A DNA stretch of 54,160 nt, filler included, from Basidiobolus ranarum (taxonomy: Eukaryota): assembly GCA_040143965.1 (NCBI GenBank). It is 4 parts of 4 records of this genome, joined end to end, with 100 filler letters (N's around TTAATTAATTAA, not from the genome) between each part and the next. Parts side by side here need not be neighbours in the genome. Positions count along the whole stretch, not along the records: positions 40,715 to 54,160 come from JASJQH010000481.1; 3 more parts are not named here. One strand, given 5' to 3'. The notes below the pieces were generated by a model that was given only the letters and a program-made list of their open reading frames with translations, was not told the DNA's origin and ran no database searches. Position numbers and translations under genes: made by a program. Shown piece by piece: positions 46,215 to 54,160 of this stretch (its first letter is position 1; every line of letters starts with the position of its first letter).

Positions 46215-49200
46215 TAGAGAAATGGTTATGTGTTCACGGTTGGTTTTAATTTTAACGCGCGGAGGCGTGAAGAGAATTGATACAAGAGGAACTTTTTGAT
46301 AAGGGCAAGATTAAAAGGACACAGTTGTAGTAACAAAAAGGTAAGGAATGGTTAGAAATATCAGCAGAAATGGACTAATTCAATTTGAAATAAGTGAAAC
46401 TTGTCGGAACCCACAAATTTATATCAGATACCACATCCGTTTGAAATCTTTTACGTGGGTGTTCCCCGAAACGGGTTTTGAATTCTATTCTGAATAGCTT
46501 CTTGATAATAACCTTGCAGAACATATTAGGTGTCACGCTTACCCCAAATATGGATACAATACTCACCATATATAATTCAAATTAGTGGTCAGCTTCCATA
46601 TTTCTACGAAGAATCCAAAATGACCACATTCCGAATTTCTCCCATTATTTTAGGGATTTGGTGAGGGAGGTGACCTCCAGTGCGGTGTTGAATCTGACTT
46701 AAGTATAGAACTTTCGATATGTGCTTGTATATTTTATCATTACACAGCCATCTGTGGCTTGTGAGAAATTCAGAGCAAGCGAGATGCCCAAGTAGCTGGC
46801 ACATTCTATGCTGGCTAAGACAACTCTCCTAGAATTTAGTTGTCATTGAAACAAAGCGGTATTGTCCTGTTGTCGCCAGTTCTCATGTCACACTAAGTTA
46901 TTGCTGATATCGCCGAAATCGGAGATGGATGACAGAGCTTTAGCGGCGTATTTGGCTCTACGACTCCAAGAAATCAGAATAAAATCTTACTCTGCCCTTC
47001 CCCCTCAGTATCCCATCGCCATAACTGGAAAAGAGAGAATTTACTCGGTGATTGACTCTGAAACACGACCTATTGGTGTCGCGAAGTCTTCAAGTATCCA
47101 CTGCCAGAGGGAATCTCGATCCGACTTGTGGTACAGGAGATCTGATTGGATACCAGTGTAAAACCGTACTGTTTTATTTCGCTTCTGATTGGACGTCTCT
47201 GGTTCTCAACGTTAGAACTAAGTCAACAGTGCGACTTCAAGCCTGTTTTGTTAGCTTCAGGCTAGCTTTGATTTGAAAAATGGAGAATTAGGTATTTGAA
47301 TTGCCACAAAAGAATCATCGGAAACTACCTTTGGTATCCAACCATCTACGATGTGCATTCCTCCGATTTTATCAGTCAATCTGATAAACACGAAACCAAA
47401 TATAAACTATGGAACCATTGGTTGTAAATGGCTGCGTGAGAGGGCCTAAAAAGTATCATATTTCTAGATCTTATCATTTCAGGTTTGAGCAGATTGGATC
47501 CTTGGCTTAAAAGGGCAGACGTAGAGTATGTTTGGTTTGATTTGGGTCAGTCATGTGAACATCTGAGGGCTTACAAAGACGGATGCCAAGACCATATTTT
47601 CCGGTCTTGCTTCAAGTTTCTATATTGATAAGCTTAGTAGCGGATGTTGTGAGTAGCTTTATACTGCAACTTCACACTAACACATTGTGTTTACAACGAA
47701 TACTGGGAGCACCATACCATAGCTTAACGTCCCTCGTAATGTTTAGGGAGTGTGAAATGGCTGATGATTGCGAGTTCTTAGGATGGTTTCATAAAACATA
47801 AAATTCTGTTCAATTAAGACAGAAGAATGTCGAACAAATGAAGCAATTGAAAATTCAATACTAGGTTTATCCTGTCTTACATAAACATTATAGATGCGTT
47901 GAATGGTATATACATCTAGAGTAGCTAGTCAAGTAAACCATACACTCATTTGCCATTTATATTGCTAATAAGCGAGTTATACCTTTTTGCATTCAATAAT
48001 TAGTTTAAGGGGCTTGCCGCACGTTTCAGATGTGGTCAGCAGCCTTGGTGATATAATGTTCGCTATACTCATTACAGCCTACAGTGTATTAAGTTCTATT
48101 GGCTAACTCTCCAGCCTGCTCTCAATATGTATCCAAGTATATGTCATATAATAAGATTATTGCTGCCTATCGCAAGTATCAATAGTCGAGTTTGGCCCAT
48201 TGGTGGGTAGCTGGGAATGAGTATCAGATGTGGTGGTACGCTGCAACAGAAATTGCGCGATGTATACTCATGCCAGATTACTATGTGGCTGTGACGACAA
48301 AGTTGTTGATAGTGTAGATCCTCAACGGTATTCTCCATCTGTAATAGCAATTCAATATCAAATCTTTTCCATTGGCCTAAGAAAACTACTATCTGGAGGA
48401 TATATTGGATACTGTATCCTACACGCAAAAAGAGGTTGCATTTAGTATACTGTGAAATGCAATTAGAACGAACAAGAGCCATCCAGTTATTATTCCCCAA
48501 ACTTCGTAAGAATCGTCCTACATGATGTTTCGTCCTCAATAACGATCCACAAAGGCTCTTGAGGCAGAACAGATGCTAAGGTTCTTATTTGACTCATGTG
48601 GTGTATGTGCACCATCCATAGGTAGGTTTTGGGTTGATTTTATCTATAACCAGTCATGCATCAAGTGAGTAAAATATATTGTGCTTCTCCAAATCAAGAT
48701 TCCCATCAGGATTCAAACTACTCTTGCAGTTCAATAGCTATCTCCACAGCTTTCATCTTGTAACATGCGGTGTTAGCACTAGAAAAGAAATTAAGAATGT
48801 ATTAGTGTGACTAAAGCATTGGGGGATATTGTCACATCTTAAATTTGCACTTCGCTTCCATCCTACATTGTAAACTTATACTCTGACCATGGAGTCAATG
48901 GATACAATAGGTGATACGTTGGATTAAAATACCTGTAGTATATGATCCTCTTGCCACTGAGTAATAAATTGCTTTTTGACAAAACATCGCTTGTTAGGGA
49001 CTGCAGAGTCCATGCAGCAAATAAGAAATGAATCACCGTTACTATCATTAACGACTAATAGTGATTGGTCTTGTCATTCGGAATTTTGATGTGAGTAGGT
49101 GTCTGATACAAGCCTTGTATATAACTGTTTAGGGCATTAACCACTGTGAGCTAGTGTATTCATATATAACCTTTACTCACCACCTATCACAGAATAATGC

Positions 49201-52200
49201 CAGTGCGGAGAAGCATGATTCCTGTATAGAGCCTAGATTGTTCTGAAGATCGCCTTGTTGATCTACAACGGCAATCCATATACTTGAATGTGCTTTTTCA
49301 TAAAATAAGTTTACCACATCTCTTAAACAAAATTAACCATGTAATGAATATAATTGCAGTTTATATATATTGCATTTCGCTTTTAATAGTGCCTTTCTGC
49401 ACAGAGATATTACTCCTTCGTATCGCCCACAGGATCCTCAAACCTTTTGTTGATGTATCTGCTCTAACTCTTGATAATAGACTATTATAAGATTGTGAGA
49501 TTGATGTTATATCCAGTGCCATTATTATGTGTAACACATCATATTGGATTAGCCCTGGCAATATCTTGTAGTTTCAACTCACATAAACGTATTCAATATG
49601 CACTGAATATTTTACAAAACATGATTTGTTAAGGTAAATGATACATGTAGGATAAACACATCTCCGTTATTATCTCGAGTATTGGTTGAATGTATTGAAC
49701 ACTTCATTTTTTCAAGATCAGGGATATTAGAGTTGGCTAGTCTTATCTGGTAGTGACCAAGTTTAATATGATGACAACCCACTAGAAAAATATATTGAGA
49801 GTTCGCAGTATGGTGAAAGGGCATTGCATTACCAATTGAATAAGTTTACATTATGCTACATACGTAAGCAAATATTCATCACCACCTCTTTGATGAAACA
49901 GGTTTAGCATTAGTTTTGAACATTATCGTAGTAACCTATTCAAATATTGAGTGACAACTCACATGAGACAGTAATATGACTTTCATGATGTACAGTTGAA
50001 TCGTTTGACGTAGGATTCTTCCGTAACAGTGATTATTGGAATAGCTCAGTTTTAAACATGTGCATGGACATTCAATATTAGAGCTCGCAAAGACATTCTA
50101 TCTAGTTGTAGAAGCATATTATTCACTTAGATTTGTTGGCACTGGCACCAGAAAAGTCGAAAATGGAATAGCAAGCCTTATCTCACTTGTGACTTTTATG
50201 TTTACTCCACATCAGGTGCTTCTAACTCTTTAAAAATATATATCAGCATTTCCTTTACCAAATCTATGAGATAGCACTGGTTTCTACTGCATATTTGTAA
50301 TAGCCTTTACGAACCGCAATTATTTTTTATTTCTGTTCCTGATGGTATGTTCCCTGGTAAGTCTCTTTTTACACTAGCATTAGGCTTGGTTACCTGAATA
50401 TACGCTGATTGAACACTGTTTTGGTTCGAAACTGTAAATAAAAAAACGGCAATGACTAAAGCCGATTCGAAAGATACTTTTTGATATTATTTTGAACTAA
50501 TAGGAATTTTAGCTCCGACTTCGTGAGTTTACATGAGTGGCTTCAAAATATAGATATCCCATTACTTCACTCTATGCTCTTCTTATTCTCGGCAAAATTC
50601 GTCATAACTATCAGTATAGCTTCTCAGTGTATCATCTGGTGTAAACACTTTGAGAATTAGCAAAGTGCATGTTAGCTTTCTATGGAGATTGCATCTATAC
50701 CGTTAATAGTACCATTCATTTAATTTTAATGAAATGATTCAATTACACCTTTTAATATATATGGATACATATAGCACTTTGTAGTTGTCAAATTGATTTT
50801 CTAGGGAATATATGCATTTTCCATAACTAAAATCATAGTGGTCAATTCTATAGGACTCAAGCCAGTTTTCATTGGAAGAATGATTATCTTCATTATATAG
50901 GAGTTATAGTTACGGTTTAATATTGATTGAAACACATTTGCCAAAGTATTAATATAAATTACTAGCTTGTAAAACTTAAGCTCCGAGAAAACATGTAATA
51001 TATCGAATATATCTTCAGTATACACTATACGTGCCACTAAGCTGAAACCTACTGTCAAAAACTATAAGATTAGTGCCGCTAGCTCAAGTACTGAAGTTGG
51101 GGAAATTCACCAAGGCTAGTGTCCTACCTTAGTATAAAACCACAGGATCTATCTCGCTTCATAGCTGACTCAATTCATCGATTAGGGCGTGCCGTATCAT
51201 CTCAAACTTGTAAATTTGGGTTGTACTCATTCCTTGATTATATACCAATAGGGGTTCCCGTCTTCGAATGCTCATGGGAATGCTCGTTGGCAATGTCTAC
51301 GTTATGGAGACATCTGATTTGAAGCAGATTTTCAATAACGTTCAGCTATTAAGTGTTCATGTGACATCTCAGTAGAGAAGGTAAAATACCCGCTACTCAT
51401 AAAGTACTTATTATAAATTCGTTAGACTGCGGTCATTATTTGCACAAATCTTGAACGATATAAAAATTCCAATGTAATTGGTGAGAAAGAGCTACCTGTC
51501 ACTACGGTTTCTGTGTTCATCGAAGTACCAAATGAGGAAACTCGAAGTTGACAATTATTCCATCCCTCATTATTAAATGAACTCCCAAACTATCAACTTG
51601 AACAAGTTCCGCAAGATTGTTATTGAGATAAATCCTACTGTTGCGGGGGAGAAGTATTCATCTGACAAGCTGTACTACTTCCATATATATCCAGACATTG
51701 ACGAAGATTGGATTTCAATTCATAATCACGTGATAGGTTAGACGAAGCCTCAACTTCGATTTCGGAATATCACATATACAGCTAAAGGAGGCCATTGTCT
51801 AATAAAGCATACTCTTAATCCAGGGTACACAGCTAGATGAACTCTGGTTGATATTCTCTGCTATTTACACTGTGTAGAGACTACATTTAAGGCTGTTTGA
51901 TATAGGCAGTCAGGGCCCAAACAATTAGAGATCGTGGCACTCAAAACACTGGAGTACGGGCTGATTGAGGTGGAATGGGCATTATTGGTTCGCTTTCTTA
52001 GTGTCATCTACGGTAAGCCAGTTCCCTAATTTGACCAGCTGGCGTATCTCTATTGATGATATTGGTACCAAGGAATAAATCAAATTCATGCAAATTGTCA
52101 ATGTATGATCAGACCAGTAGTTTACGGCGTTTGTAGATTGAATGCTGTAGTGGCCATCGTAGGACATATTGTGAAGAGCCCCGTTTTCAGCCAGGTTAAT

Positions 52201-54160
52201 TTAAGTAATTGAATGAAATCTCCTTGGTGCTTCGCATCTGATGCTACGAATAGCATCGCTTGATTCGAGAATCACCGGTTGGTCTGCGATATTACTATTG
52301 TTAAACATTCATGGATGGTGGTGATTTTCTCCACGCTTAGCTCCGGCTTATAGGCCGGGCCAGAACAAAATTCATCTGGGGCTGTCCAGGAATCATTAGG
52401 TGTTCGGATCATATGAAATAGATTACTATGTGGACGTGGGTTGTACTAAACCATGGCGAACAGTCACCACGTTAGCAAATATTTGCTACTTGGACGTTAC
52501 TAATATCGCCTAGAATCATCGTGATCGCTCACACTCCAATCAGTATGATGCAAATCATTACGTCTCTTGAGTCTCTGAGTTGAATGATTCCATGCCTACC
52601 GAGTTTGCATGTTGGAATACTAGAGATCATCTGACAGGTAACTATTACCGACTGTCTAGTGAATTGTATGGTCAAGGCCAACGTTTATGCAATTCACTCT
52701 GGGACTGCGTTGATACACAAGCGCTGAGGATCACAATCACCAATATGCAGTGGCTCAGATCCGGGGGTTTATTCGGCTTATTGTGGATACCATACCACCA
52801 AGGGGCATATTCAATCCTAGTGTGACTGAATCCGAAAACTATTGCCACATCTCATTCGATTGAGGAAGAAACACGCAGCATACTGGTATTGAGGTACTGA
52901 TCAAATATTTACCACCGATTCTCCAGTATTTCTCTGCAGGCTATGTACAAAAGCCAATTATCAAACTTACCTTCGATTCAACTAGAAGTGTGCCAGATTT
53001 TTATGATGCGGAGGGTGATGTTCCACTGCTGTTTCATCCTATGCACGATGTTTCTGATTTTGAGAGTAGCAGTCCGTCCCAGATGGTGAAGATATAGATA
53101 CAACTTTCTACACCTATCAGTGTCGTCCACGGCTCAGGACATATTATGTATTCTTGGTGCTTGGTGGATTAGTTAAACACGGGAACACTGCGTTTGCAAG
53201 GTAACGGAGGGTTTGTTGACTATTGAATAATATTGTTCGATATGCCTGAAAGCAACATCCCAAAGCGAATTAATAACAGTGAAAGTCTCATTCGCTATCA
53301 ATGTGAATTCCAACACCAATCTCCAATCCATTTAGTGACCGCACCGGTGTAATCCCAACTCTGAATCCAGATAGGTGTTCTGCCTGTTCATGTGGTTTAG
53401 TGGTGTAGACAAGGTTGAGAGGCGCTAGATATCGTATGAGGGGTTCAAAAGAAAGTGTTCAGATAGGTGTTCATTCAGGTTGCGATGTAGATGGAATGCA
53501 AATGGTCAGAGAGAGCCTTCTTCCCTTCACAAGGCCTGAAAGATTCCCATAGAGACTTGAAGCTCTGAGCTCCTGATTTGATACAGCATTAATATTCTAT
53601 CTAGCATTTCATATATGCATCGCTTTCTATTTGGCCGGTATCAGATGATGGGTCATTCTACTCGAGGAGAGATGGGAACAAGTTATACCAAATTCCTCAT
53701 CAAAATGCTTTACCAAGGCTTTAAACACTCACCAATCGTTGGGCGTACACCCTCCAATCATATTGTATATCTGGAAGGAAATTTGGCTAAACATCTAGCA
53801 AGGTATTGATAGGCCGACATCTCCAATAGAATGTCAACTGGTAATTTGTTTATTTTATAGAAGTCAATGTGTCATGTTAGTATTATAGCACCTATCTATG
53901 GCGACTAAAACCGAGCTAGTAGGTGACTCCCAGTGGAATCACCCTGTCGGTGCTTGACTCTTTTAGGCTCGCCAAATGGATGAGCACAAAGCTTTCACGC
54001 ATCTCTCCTCGATCACCATCCACAGTGCCTTTCTTTTGAGTTCAGCTACAACTTTCGATGGAAGATTAGGCATACGCAGGATCTTCCATTCCCGGAGAGT
54101 GAGAGCATGTGGCAATGGATGGTTTGGCGGGGTGTCATGCTGCAAGATGGAATGGTTTGA

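Noticed and set aside
53963-54145. 60-aa minus-strand ORF at the window edge
   Set aside because: No recognisable motif and the context is cut off; cannot be supported.

Overview
Intron-rich, AT-rich eukaryotic DNA from an early-diverging fungus. Gene style suggests Zoopagomycota/Mucoromycota, possibly Basidiobolus-like (inference only). The window is four contigs joined by artificial 100-nt N/TTAATTAATTAA linkers. Recognisable protein genes: RRP3 helicase, thioredoxin, BNA6 (QPRTase), a 5-exon Tctex1D2/DYNLT2B-type dynein light chain missed by the ORF track, a membrane protein with one filamin repeat, a Gti1/Pac2 (WOPR) regulator, COX12, VPS45, AFG3/YTA12 (cut by a gap), an orphan 174-aa protein, MLH3 (cut by a gap) and a DMA1-type FHA-RING ligase. 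Repeats are CpG-depleted Ty1/copia remnants with nested and inverted LTRs. The three most notable observations follow. (1) A non-coding host gene divergent from RRP3 has two introns that each carry a box C/D snoRNA paralogue and abut at a zero-nucleotide exon (AG|GT). (2) Two LINE-like insertions of different length share the same 23-nt telomere-repeat cap and the same opposite terminus. (3) An intact dynein-2 (cilium-type) light chain gene is present.
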